This document shows positions 35,924 through 46,060 of a DNA stretch of 64,000 nucleotides, in pieces. The notes beneath the pieces were generated by a model. That model worked only from the letters and a program-made list of their open reading frames with translations. It ran no database searches and was not told the DNA's origin. The stretch is taken from the NCBI GenBank assembly GCA_963700145.1, contig OY969474.1, forward strand, positions 4,640,001 through 4,704,000. Direction: 5' to 3'. The stretch comes from an uncultured Acidobacteriota bacterium (GTDB lineage: Bacteria; Acidobacteriota; Thermoanaerobaculia; Multivoradales; UBA5704). The translations under genes were made by a program, and so were the position numbers. Positions within the stretch are counted from its first letter, which is position 1. Every line of letters begins with the position of its first letter.

Positions 35924-38800
35924 CTACCCGCCGGCGCTGACCACCGTCTCCGCCCCCGCCGGCGCGCGGCGGCGGCGCGGGTCGAGGAAGGCGCGGATCT
36001 CCTCCGGCGGCACCGTGCGGTGCTCGTGGATGGACTGCCGCTCGTTGTTGTCGTGCGGGTGCTTCTCGCGGTACTCGCCGGTCAGCTCCTGCGCCGACTC
36101 GTCCACCTTGAAGCGCTCGTAGAGCTTCTGGTGGTAAGCGGCCTTCTGCGTGTCGCCGAGGCCGCGCCGGGCGAGCATCAGCGTGTAGTGGGCCATCAGG
36201 TCCTCGGGGTCGATGGCGAGCACCTTGTCGAGCTCGCGCACGGCGCCCTTGTAGTCGCGCTTCAAGAACAGCACGCGGCCGATCTGGTTGAGCACCACGC
36301 GGTCGCGCGGGTACTTCGCCACGGCGGCGCGGAAGTGGGCGAGCGACTTGTCGTAGGCGCCGAGCGCCTTTTCGAGCACCCCCAGGAAGTGGTGCGTGCG
36401 CGCCAGCTCGGGGTCCATCTTGAGGGCGCGCCCGAGCACCCGGCGCGCCTCCTCGAGGTCGCCCTCGCCGAGCGCCACCCGCCCGAGGTTCACCCAGCCG
36501 TCCACGTACTTGGGCTCGATCTCGGTCACCTTGGCGAAGGCGACGCGGGCGCCGCGCAGGTCGCCCTGCAGGAACAGCCCGATGCCGTAGTCGTTCCAGC
36601 GCTCCCGGTCGCCCTCCTGGAGGGCCGGCCGGCCCATCGCCGGCAGCGGCGCGCCGCCGTCCACGACCTTGAGCTCCTGGGTGTCCTCGGCCACGAGCAC
36701 GATCGGCAGCCGCGGCACGCCCTTGACCTTCCCCGAGACGCGCGAGGTGTCGCCGGTGAAGACCATCGGGCGGTCGTCGAAGTGCTTGCTCACCTCGCCC
36801 GGCAGCGATTCGCCGGCAAAGGAGAAGTGGGTGTTGAACCAGGAGAACTTCCGGTAGTTGAGCTTGGCGTGCAGGCGGATCTTGTCGCCGGCGTCGGGCG
36901 GCACCTGGAGCCGGAAGTGGACGGTGTCGGCGGCGCCGGGCGGGATCAGGCGGACGTAGACCGTCGCGCGAGCGGCCCAGGCGTTCCGCTTGTTGATCGG
37001 GTTGCCGCTCTGGTCGATGAGCAGCGAGCGGTAGAAGTGAGCTCCCGGCTCGACCGGCGAGTCCTCGTCCGCCATGCCGCTCCAGTAGACGACCCTACCG
37101 CGGTCGTCCACCGCCTTGAGCTCCAGCCAGCAGTCGTAGGCGTCCACCGTGCCGCCGGGGAAGAAGTGGCCGACGCCGCGCGTCCGCACCACGACGTCGA
37201 CGCGCGTCGACTCGCCGCGCCGCACGGTCGCGGGGATGCGGTCGAGCGGCGCGTAGATCGTCTCGGCGGGGCCGGCGGCGGCGCCGCCGCTGCCGACCGC
37301 CATGTCGCTCTCCTCGCCGATCGCGAAGGAGGTGGCGAGCTGCGGGCCTTCGCTCGCGGGGCCGCGCTCGTCCTCGCCGGCCGCGGCGGCGCGCGCCTCG
37401 GTCATGGCGAAGATGTCCACGGTGAGCTGGCGCGCCTGCAGGAAGTCGACGACCGCCTTGAGCTGCTCGGGATCGCGGTTGGCGATCGGCAGCGCGGTGT
37501 TGGCGGCGGCGAAGCGGTGGGAGCGGATCATCCCCTGCTTGGCGCCGGCGTCCTCGGAGGCGACCTTCGGCATGTGGCAGTCGATGCAGTTCTTCGCCTC
37601 GGGCGGGTAGTAGAAGGAGCGCGCCCCCTCGCCCGAGACGCCGCTCGCCTGCCAGTTGTCGTACTCGTTGAAGCCGCGGATCCAGCGGTAGCTGTTGACC
37701 GGCACGTCGAGGTGCACCTTGTGGCAGGAGGAGCAGAACTCCGGCGAGTAGGTGCCGCGGAAGAAGGGCTTCAGGAAGGTGCGGCGGTGCGGCTCGGGGT
37801 CCATGCGCACGAGCAGGTCGTGGACGGCGTTGAGCGCGCGGTTGTCGCTCGTCGCCATGCCGTGGAGGGCCGGGACCTCGATCTCGTAGTCCCCCTGCCC
37901 CATCGAGCTGCGGACGTTGGAGATCATGTGGCAGGCGGTGCAGGTCAGGCCGGCCTGCGCCTCCGGGCGGTCGACGATCTCCTTGATCGGCGTGTTCATC
38001 AGGCCGGACTGCAGGATCGCCGGGTCGTGGCAGCCGCCGCACCACTTCGAGGAGGTGACGCCCGCCACCTCCTGCATGTACTCGATCGACTTGCGGTACC
38101 ACTGGTTGTTGAAGCTCGAGAAGTGGTGCGCCGAGCTGTCCCACTGCTTGACCAGGTCCGGATGGCAGCCGGAACGGCCGCAGCTCTGCGGGTCCATGTA
38201 GATGCGCGACGGCACGACGTCCTTGTTCGAGGTGTGGACCGACGACGGGAAGAAGGGGCCCTCCTTGCCGCCCATCGACTCCTGCTGCATGACGAGCGAG
38301 GCGGGCGGGTTCTCGAAGACCACCTGGTTCTTCGCGCGGTAGCTCTGGAAGCCGGTGGCGAGGGCCGGGATCAGGAGCGCGGCGGCGACGCCGGCGGCGG
38401 CGAGCCGCCAGGTGCGCGGCGCGAGCTGGCCGCGGAGCGCCCAGAGGAGGGCGAGGAGCCCGACGACCGAGAGCGCGATGTGGGTCCAGAGGAGCGGGCG
38501 CATCGGGCGGGTGTTGCCCACCCAGACGAGGGCGATGCCGGAGAGCGCGGCGGCGAAGAGGAGGAGCCCGGCCGGGAGCATGCCCGGCCGCGTGCGGCGC
38601 CGCCACCACCAGATCGCGAACGGCACCGCCACCCCCACCCCGAGGAAGAAGTGGAGGGCGACGCTGGCGAAATAGATCATGTGCGGGTCGCCCTCGGACG
38701 CCAGGTAGGCGCTGTTGGCGACCAGGAGCGCACCCAGGATGGCTAACCAGCGGGTGCCGCGGCGGGTCTCTTCAGGCATGTTCGACGGCCTCGTGCTCAT
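35924..38800 (-). CDS. Membrane-anchored multiheme cytochrome c domain plus TPR protein
   Basis: N-terminal TM helices; CGGCH, CTACH, CSSCH, CIDCH plus CGRSGCH; C-terminal TPRs. Confidence 0.85.
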   Translation of the reverse strand: MSTRPSNMPEETRRGTRWLAILGALLVANSAYLASEGDPHMIYFASVALHFFLGVGVAVPFAIWWWRRRTRPGMLPAGLLLFAAALSGIALVWVGNTRPMRPLLWTHIALSVVGLLALLWALRGQLAPRTWRLAAAGVAAALLIPALATGFQSYRAKNQVVFENPPASLVMQQESMGGKEGPFFPSSVHTSNKDVVPSRIYMDPQSCGRSGCHPDLVKQWDSSAHHFSSFNNQWYRKSIEYMQEVAGVTSSKWCGGCHDPAILQSGLMNTPIKEIVDRPEAQAGLTCTACHMISNVRSSMGQGDYEIEVPALHGMATSDNRALNAVHDLLVRMDPEPHRRTFLKPFFRGTYSPEFCSSCHKVHLDVPVNSYRWIRGFNEYDNWQASGVSGEGARSFYYPPEAKNCIDCHMPKVASEDAGAKQGMIRSHRFAAANTALPIANRDPEQLKAVVDFLQARQLTVDIFAMTEARAAAAGEDERGPASEGPQLATSFAIGEESDMAVGSGGAAAGPAETIYAPLDRIPATVRRGESTRVDVVVRTRGVGHFFPGGTVDAYDCWLELKAVDDRGRVVYWSGMADEDSPVEPGAHFYRSLLIDQSGNPINKRNAWAARATVYVRLIPPGAADTVHFRLQVPPDAGDKIRLHAKLNYRKFSWFNTHFSFAGESLPGEVSKHFDDRPMVFTGDTSRVSGKVKGVPRLPIVLVAEDTQELKVVDGGAPLPAMGRPALQEGDRERWNDYGIGLFLQGDLRGARVAFAKVTEIEPKYVDGWVNLGRVALGEGDLEEARRVLGRALKMDPELARTHHFLGVLEKALGAYDKSLAHFRAAVAKYPRDRVVLNQIGRVLFLKRDYKGAVRELDKVLAIDPEDLMAHYTLMLARRGLGDTQKAAYHQKLYERFKVDESAQELTGEYREKHPHDNNERQSIHEHRTVPPEEIRAFLDPRRRRAPAGAETVVSAGG

Positions 38801-38943
38801 AGTAAGTCAGTCGTCCTCATAGAGCTTACGCTGAGCGGCCGGCCGGCCGCTGGTGCCTGCCCAGGAGGACTCGCGAACCCTACCAGGGTCGCACAAACCG
38901 GGTGCCAGCGGCGTGCCAGAAGGGGACGCGTAGAATCCGCCGC

Positions 38944-40017
38944 ATGCCCCCCGCCACGCCCGGACCGGTGGAGATCGCCGGCGCGCTCTCGCGGCGCGTC
39001 ATCGGCCAGGAGACCGCCGTGCGCGAGCTGGCGGTGGCGCTGGCCAAGAAGCTCGCCGGGCTGCGCGTCGGCAACATCCTGCTCATCGGCTCGTCCGGCA
39101 CCGGCAAGACGACGCTGATGCGCGCCGTCGAGGCCTACCTCGCCGCCGACCCGGCGCTCGCCGGGCGCTCGACGGTAGTGCGCATCCACGCCAACGTGCT
39201 GGGCGAGGAGGCGGGGCGCGGCCGGCCCGGCCAGGCGGTCCTGGCGCGTCTCCTCGAGCGGGCGCGCGAGCAGCTCGGCGCGGGCGCCGCGCCGGAGGCG
39301 ATCCTCACTCGCGCCGCCTCGGGGATCGTCTTCGTCGACGAGGTGGACAAGATCCGCTCCCACGTCGGCGGCCAGGCCAACGTGCCCGGCATCCGCGCCC
39401 AGGAGGCGCTGCTGACGCTGATCGAGAACGAAGCGGTGCAGCTCGACCTGCCGGCCTGGGCGGGGGGCGGCACCACGACGGTCGACTCGAGCGGCCTGGT
39501 CTTCGTCTGCGGCGGCGCCTTCGAGGGGCTCTACGACGCGGTCTACGACCGGGTGACCATCGGCCGCGACCGCGGCGCGCTGCAGCCGGTGACGGTGGTC
39601 GACGACGGCCGGGTGCGCGAGGAGACGACCTTCGACCTCCGCCACTGGCTGCGCAACGAGGACCTCTTCGAGTACGGCATGAGCCCGCAGTTCCTGTCGC
39701 GCTTCGACGCCGTGGTGCTGCTCGAGAACCTCACCCGCGACGAGCTGGTGCGGATCTTCCTCGAGGCCCCCGACTCCGCCTTCCACCAGACCCGCGCCTA
39801 CTTCGAGAGCCGCGGCGTGCACCTGGCGCTCTCGCCCGCCGCCGTGCGCCGCATCGCCGCCGAGGCCGCCCGCCAGCCACGCCTCGGCGCCCGCGCCCTC
39901 AAGGAGGTCTTCCGCCGCGTGATCCGCGACTACGAGTACGACCCCGCCGGGACCGCCAACGGCGGCGTCCTGCCGATCGACCTGGCCGAGGTCGAGGCGG
40001 CGCTCGGCGCGGCCTAG
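38944..40017 (+). CDS. ClpX/HslU-like AAA+ ATPase, atypical
   Basis: VIGQE, GSSGTGKT, VFVDEVDKI, FVCGGAFEGL, YGMSPQFLSRF, GARAL. Confidence 0.85.
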   Translation: MPPATPGPVEIAGALSRRVIGQETAVRELAVALAKKLAGLRVGNILLIGSSGTGKTTLMRAVEAYLAADPALAGRSTVVRIHANVLGEEAGRGRPGQAVLARLLERAREQLGAGAAPEAILTRAASGIVFVDEVDKIRSHVGGQANVPGIRAQEALLTLIENEAVQLDLPAWAGGGTTTVDSSGLVFVCGGAFEGLYDAVYDRVTIGRDRGALQPVTVVDDGRVREETTFDLRHWLRNEDLFEYGMSPQFLSRFDAVVLLENLTRDELVRIFLEAPDSAFHQTRAYFESRGVHLALSPAAVRRIAAEAARQPRLGARALKEVFRRVIRDYEYDPAGTANGGVLPIDLAEVEAALGAA

Positions 40018-41048
40018 TTGCCGGCGGCCTCGCGCCGCCGCCGCCAGGCGGCGGGGGAGGCGCCCACCAGCTTCTTGAAGGCGCGGCTGAACGCCGCCTC
40101 GGACTCGTAGCCGACCTCGTGGGCCACGGCCGCGACCTTGGCGGCGCGGTCGGCGAGCCGCCGCGCGCCGAGCTGCAGGCGCCAGTGCGAGAGGTACTGC
40201 ATCGGCGGCTGGCCGACCAGCGCGGCGAAGCGCTCGGCCAGCGCTGTGCGCGAGACTCCTGCGTCCTTCGCCAGCCCGCCCAGGGTCCAAGGCTCCGCCG
40301 GGCGCGCGTGGAGCAGCGCCAGGGCCCGGCCGACGACCGGATCGCGCAGGCCGGCGAGCCAGCCGCGGCCGCCGGCCGGCAGATCGGCGAGGTACTGCCG
40401 CACGACCTCGACGAACATCAGCTCGCCCAGGCGCTGGATCACGCACTCGCCGCCGGCGCGCGGCTCGCGCGACTCGCCGATCACCAGCTCGATCAGGGCG
40501 CTCAGCCGGTCGGCGGCGCCCGCACCGCGCCGCACGTGGAGCAGCCGCGGCAGCGCCGCGAGGACCGGGTTGAACGGGCGCGCGTCGCAGCCCAGGAAGC
40601 CGCAGACGACGCCGATCCGCCCGTCGCCACCGCCCCCTTCCTCGACGACCAGGGGCAGCTCGCCGCAGAGCATGCAGCGGAAGAAGCTCAGGACCGCCTC
40701 GGGGCCGCTCTCGTCGCGCAGCTCCGGCGCGCTCGCCAGCTGGTAGGGGTCGCCGTGCGGGAAGACGACGACGTCGCCCGGCTCCAGCCGGACGGGCGGC
40801 TCGCCCGCCACCTCGCCCCAACAGCCCCCCTCGGTGACGATGTGGTACGAGATCAGGTGGTCGGCGCCCGGGAGCAGGACGGGCAGGACCGCCGCGCCGG
40901 CCGGCACCGCCGCCGTCCACGGCGTCGAGGCGTCGACGATGAAGAACAGCGCGCCGGTCAGGCGGACCGTGCGCAGCACCTCCGAGAGCACGTCCGCGCC
41001 GGACGCGGCGGCAAGCGAACCGGACGCTCGGTCATGGCCAGTCGCCAC
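40014..41048 (-). CDS. AraC family regulator with N-terminal cupin
   Basis: DVLSEVLRTVRLTG; GYESEAAFSRAFKK HTH. Confidence 0.93.
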   Translation of the reverse strand: MATGHDRASGSLAAASGADVLSEVLRTVRLTGALFFIVDASTPWTAAVPAGAAVLPVLLPGADHLISYHIVTEGGCWGEVAGEPPVRLEPGDVVVFPHGDPYQLASAPELRDESGPEAVLSFFRCMLCGELPLVVEEGGGGDGRIGVVCGFLGCDARPFNPVLAALPRLLHVRRGAGAADRLSALIELVIGESREPRAGGECVIQRLGELMFVEVVRQYLADLPAGGRGWLAGLRDPVVGRALALLHARPAEPWTLGGLAKDAGVSRTALAERFAALVGQPPMQYLSHWRLQLGARRLADRAAKVAAVAHEVGYESEAAFSRAFKKLVGASPAAWRRRREAAGN

Positions 41049-41072
41049 GGCACGATCCTACAGTCCGGCTCC

Positions 41073-42323
41073 ATGAAGACCTTCATTGCGCTCCCGCTCA
41101 CGCTGCTCGCCGTGCACGCGCCGGCGGCCGCCGCAGGCCCGCCTGTCGGCCGCGACGCCGCGGTCGTCACGGCCTGGAACGACCTGGCGAACGAGCTCGC
41201 CTTCGCCGAGGAGAGGGCACCGGTGTTCAAGCCGGTGCGCGCCCCCGCGCTGATGCACCTGGCGATGCACGACGCCCTCAACGCCGTGGAGCCGCGCTTT
41301 GCGCAGTACGCGCCGCTCGCCACCGACGCGGCGGCGGACCCGATCGCCGCGGCCGCGCAGGCGGCGCACGACGTCCTCGCCGCGCACTACCCGGCGGCGC
41401 GGCAGGACCTGGCGGCCGCGCTCGCCTCGTGGCTGGCGCGGGTCCCCGACGGCGAGGCCGAAGCGCGCGGCGTCGCGCTCGGAGGGCGCAGCGCCGCCGC
41501 CCTCCTCGGCCTGCGCCGCGACGACGGCTGGGACGTCGAGGGGACGTACGTCTTCGCCCGCGGGGCGGGTGCCTACCAGACGACGCCGTCCTGGAACGGC
41601 TTCATGCTCCAGCCCGGCTTCCGCTTCGCCAAGCCCCTGGCGCTCGCGCGGCCGGACGAGCTGCGGCCGCCGGCGCCGCCGCCGCTCGCGAGCGCCGAGT
41701 ACGCGGCGGCCTACGCCGAGGTCAAGGAGCACGGGGCGCGCGCGAGCGCCGCGCGCACCGCCGACCAGTCCGGCTACGCGCGCTGGTGGATGGAGTTCTC
41801 CGAGACGGCGGTCAACCGGCTGGTGCGGGAGCTCGCCGGGCGCCGCGGGTTGGACGCGTGGCAGGCCGCGCGCCTCTTCGCCCTGCTCAACACGGCGCTG
41901 CATGACGCCTACGTCGCCGTCTGGGACGCGAAGTACGAGTACAACCTCTGGCGGCCGTACACCGCGATCCGCGAAGCGGAGGCCGACGGCAACCCCGCCA
42001 CGGCGCCCGACCCGGAGTGGGAGCCGCTGCTCGCCACGCCGCCCCACCCGGAGTACCCGTCGGCCCACGGCGCGGGCTGCGCCGCCACCTTCGCGGTGCT
42101 CGAGCACGTCCTCGGCGACGGCGTCGCCTTCACCATGGCGACGCGCACCGCGCCGCCCGAGATGCCAACCCGCTCCTTCCCCCGCTTCCGCGCCGCCGCC
42201 GCCGAGTGCGCCGACTCGCGGGTGCGGCTCGGCTGGCACTTCCGCTTCGCCACCGACGCGGGCCTCACCCTCGGCCGCGCCGTCGCCGAGCGGGTCGTCC
42301 GCGGCGCCCTCGCGCCGCGCTAG
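41073..42323 (+). CDS. Vanadium-dependent haloperoxidase / PAP2 family, secreted
   Basis: KYEYNLWRP, PEYPSAH, SRVRLGWHF; signal peptide. Confidence 0.88.
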   Translation: MKTFIALPLTLLAVHAPAAAAGPPVGRDAAVVTAWNDLANELAFAEERAPVFKPVRAPALMHLAMHDALNAVEPRFAQYAPLATDAAADPIAAAAQAAHDVLAAHYPAARQDLAAALASWLARVPDGEAEARGVALGGRSAAALLGLRRDDGWDVEGTYVFARGAGAYQTTPSWNGFMLQPGFRFAKPLALARPDELRPPAPPPLASAEYAAAYAEVKEHGARASAARTADQSGYARWWMEFSETAVNRLVRELAGRRGLDAWQAARLFALLNTALHDAYVAVWDAKYEYNLWRPYTAIREAEADGNPATAPDPEWEPLLATPPHPEYPSAHGAGCAATFAVLEHVLGDGVAFTMATRTAPPEMPTRSFPRFRAAAAECADSRVRLGWHFRFATDAGLTLGRAVAERVVRGALAPR

Positions 42324-42394
42324 CGCGGGCGGGCGCTACTTCCGCGCCTGCGGCCGTCGATGCGAGTAGCGGGTCGGCTGTCGCTAGCAGAGCA

Positions 42395-42508
42395 TCATGC
42401 GAACGGGTCGCGCGGCTCTTGCTGCTTGAGCCGCGGGATCTCGCCGGACCACGCCCCCAGGCAGGCGCGGAACTCGGCGGGCCACTCGTCCAGAGGCTCG
42501 TGAATGAT
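42395..42508 (-). pseudogene. C-terminal remnant of a VapB-like antitoxin
   Basis: Manual translation IIHEPLDEWPAEFRACLGAWSGEIPRLKQQEPRDPFA*, no start codon. Confidence 0.4.
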
Positions 42509-42521
42509 CGGGCGCCTCCTT

Positions 42522-42881
42522 TCACGCCAGCAGCATCGGCAGCGGCTTCAGCTCACGGCGGAAGGGGTCGAGGATCAGGCCGAAGCCTTCCAGGGTCGTC
42601 GCTCCCAGCAGCGGGCTGTCGCCCTCCTCGCCGAAGATCACCAGCGAGTCGCCGCGCTGGCCTTGGTACTCGAAGATGGCGCTGCCGATCTCCCGCTCGA
42701 TCCTCTCGCCGTTGGCGAGGATGAAACTGCGGCGGGAGTGGGGCTCGATGCCGATCTTCTCGAGCTCGCTCCGCGGCACCAGGGAATAGACGGCTCCGGA
42801 ATCGACCAGGAAGGTCTCTTCGATCGCGCGCGAAGGATCGGCGGGGTTGGCCACTCTCAGCTTGACGAACGTCAGGCCCAT
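42522..42881 (-). CDS. Clan AA aspartyl protease
   Basis: FLVDSGA, LLGATTLE. Confidence 0.85.
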   Translation of the reverse strand: MGLTFVKLRVANPADPSRAIEETFLVDSGAVYSLVPRSELEKIGIEPHSRRSFILANGERIEREIGSAIFEYQGQRGDSLVIFGEEGDSPLLGATTLEGFGLILDPFRRELKPLPMLLA

Positions 42882-42926
42882 CGGTCCCTCGCCTCCTGGG
42901 GATTCAGCACTCCGACCGGAAGCGTA

Positions 42927-44012
42927 TCAGTGCCCGCGCTTCCGCGCCTTGCGGCCGCCCACGCGGGTGGCGGTCGCGGGGTCGTTGCGGTCGTCGCGCC
43001 AGGTGGGGTGGTTGAAGTGGATCACGAAGTCGCCGTTATACGAGGCGACGGCGCGGTCGAAGGTCAGCTTCCCGAGGCGGCGCCAGTTCTCGAAGGTGCG
43101 GCGCTGGAAGAGCGGCGTGCCGCGGACCGCGCCGTCGTCCGTCACTTCGATGTCGAAGGCGAGGGTGCGGCGCGGCGTCGGGTCGCCGCGGTCGTAGATC
43201 TGGGCCAGCACCTCGTCGCGAAAGTCCAGGCCGTCGCCGGCGATCCGCGGCTGGTCGGGGGCGACGAGGAGGCGCATGAAGGTGGGCGCCCGCGTCGGCT
43301 CGCCGGCGGGCTTGCCGAGCTCGGCGACGGCGTAGAGCTGGCGGTGCGCGGGCTCCCGGTCGGCCTTCATCAGGACCGCCCCCGTCACGAGGAAGACCGG
43401 CACCCCGGCGCCGCGCCGCCAGGCGCGAGTGTCAGGGGCGTTGCGCAGCTCCGCGTCGTTGATGAAGTCGGTGCGCTCGCCGCCGAAGTCCTCCTGGGTG
43501 ATGAAGTTGGCGGTGCGCAGCGGCTCGGCGTGCTGCGGGTCGGTGGTGGGGAAGAGCTTGCCGACCAGCGCCAGCGACCGCGTGTGGCCGCGCCGGGTCT
43601 CGGTGCAGCAGGTGGAGTAGCGCCCCACCGCCAGCGCGCGGCTGCCCTGGCGGAAGTAGCCCGAGTAGCCGCTCTCCTCGGTGATCTCCCAGAGCCCGGT
43701 GAGGCAGACGCCGTTCGGGTGCAGCAGCCGGCGAAACCCCTTGCCGTCCGGCCCCGGGCGCAGGTCGGCGTTCGAATCGACGGTGCGCTCGCTGGCCCGC
43801 AGGAACGGATAGGGGCGCCCGGACGGCAGCACGCCGCGCAGGACGCGCGACAGGGTGACGTCGTAGACCGGCAGCGGCGGCTCGCCGGCGCCGCCCCACA
43901 CTTTCTGATAGGGATTGGCGAAGAGGGCCTCGCGCACGTCCGCGAAGCGCGATCCGGCGTAGGCGCGGTCCTCGTCACCGAGCCCTTGCGCCCCGAGGTC
44001 GTCCGGTTTCAT
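42927..44012 (-). CDS. Hypothetical protein, catalase-like N-terminal motif
   Basis: RRLLHPNGVCLTG, RYS, ANFIT. Confidence 0.6.
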   Translation of the reverse strand: MKPDDLGAQGLGDEDRAYAGSRFADVREALFANPYQKVWGGAGEPPLPVYDVTLSRVLRGVLPSGRPYPFLRASERTVDSNADLRPGPDGKGFRRLLHPNGVCLTGLWEITEESGYSGYFRQGSRALAVGRYSTCCTETRRGHTRSLALVGKLFPTTDPQHAEPLRTANFITQEDFGGERTDFINDAELRNAPDTRAWRRGAGVPVFLVTGAVLMKADREPAHRQLYAVAELGKPAGEPTRAPTFMRLLVAPDQPRIAGDGLDFRDEVLAQIYDRGDPTPRRTLAFDIEVTDDGAVRGTPLFQRRTFENWRRLGKLTFDRAVASYNGDFVIHFNHPTWRDDRNDPATATRVGGRKARKRGH

Positions 44013-44042
44013 CGGTCCACCCCCCGGCTCGAGTCTACGCCG

Positions 44043-44786
44043 TCAGACCCGTTGTCGGTCGCCGCGCCGCTGCCTGATCTCCCGGTAGCGCTTCCGCCGC
44101 TTGAAGGCGTTCCAGGCGTGGGGGGCCATGGAGAGGGCGATGAGGAGGACGGAGGCGGCGACGAGCTGGATCATGACCGCGGAGCGCTCGGGGCCGGCGG
44201 CGGCGGCGAGGGTGGCGGAGAAGTAGGTGAAGAAGAGGGTGGCGGGGAGGAGCCCCAGCGCGCTCGTCGCCAGGTAGAGACCGAACGGCACCCCGGCGAG
44301 CGCGGCGCCGTAGTTGACCACCGCGAACGGCAGCGGCATGAAGCGCACCCCGACGAGGCTCCAGAAGCCGCGGCGGGCGATCGCCCGCTCGACGCGCTTG
44401 AGGCGCCGCCCGAAGAGGTGCGCCACGAACTCCCGCCCCAGCACGCGCCCGAGCAGGTAGGTGACGGCGGCGGCCAGGACCGTCCCTAGGAAGCTCCACG
44501 CCCACCCCCAGAGGGTGCCGAAGACGACACCCCCGGCGATCATCATCGGCGCCGCCGGCACGCCGAGCGGGCAGAGCAGGACGTAGCTCGCCACCAGCGC
44601 CGCCGGCGCCCACCAGCTCTCTCGCAGCCGCTCGAAGGTGCGAAGGATCGCCTCGGCGGAGAGCTGGTCGGCGAGCGGCGTCCAGCGCAGGGCCGCGAAG
44701 CCGCCGCCGACGATGGCGATGAGGAACAGGAAACGGACCAGGAGGCGGCGCGGGAGGCGCGGCCGCTCGCTCGGCTCCGGCTTCAC
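44043..44786 (-). CDS. TVP38/TMEM64 (VTT/DedA) membrane protein
   Basis: GGVVFG, RFMPLPFAVVNYGA. Confidence 0.88.
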   Translation of the reverse strand: MKPEPSERPRLPRRLLVRFLFLIAIVGGGFAALRWTPLADQLSAEAILRTFERLRESWWAPAALVASYVLLCPLGVPAAPMMIAGGVVFGTLWGWAWSFLGTVLAAAVTYLLGRVLGREFVAHLFGRRLKRVERAIARRGFWSLVGVRFMPLPFAVVNYGAALAGVPFGLYLATSALGLLPATLFFTYFSATLAAAAGPERSAVMIQLVAASVLLIALSMAPHAWNAFKRRKRYREIRQRRGDRQRV

Positions 44787-44796
44787 GGGCTCGGGG

Positions 44797-45073
44797 TCAG
44801 GGAGTGACGGGGAGCCCCGGCGCGCCGCCGGCCGGCCCGTCGAGGAGGAAGAACTGCCGCAGCTGCTGGTCGAGGATGGTCTGCGAGTTGGGGTCCATGA
44901 AGTTGAGGCGCAGCTCGTTGATGACCATCACCTCGACCTTCTGCCACTCCCCCCAGCAGTCGGCGCAGATCCGCTCCAGGAGCTCCCGTCCCAGCGGTCC
45001 CGGCAGCGGCGCCCGTCCGAGCGCCGGCGCGTCCGGCCGACCGCAACGCGCGCACTGCACGGTCGCCGGCGGG

Positions 45074-45084
<11 letters not shown>
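44797..45084 (-). CDS. Fe(II)-trafficking / oxidative damage protection protein (YggX-like)
   Basis: [18 protein letters not shown]. Confidence 0.88.
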
Positions 45085-46056
<972 letters not shown>

Positions 46057-46060
<4 letters not shown>

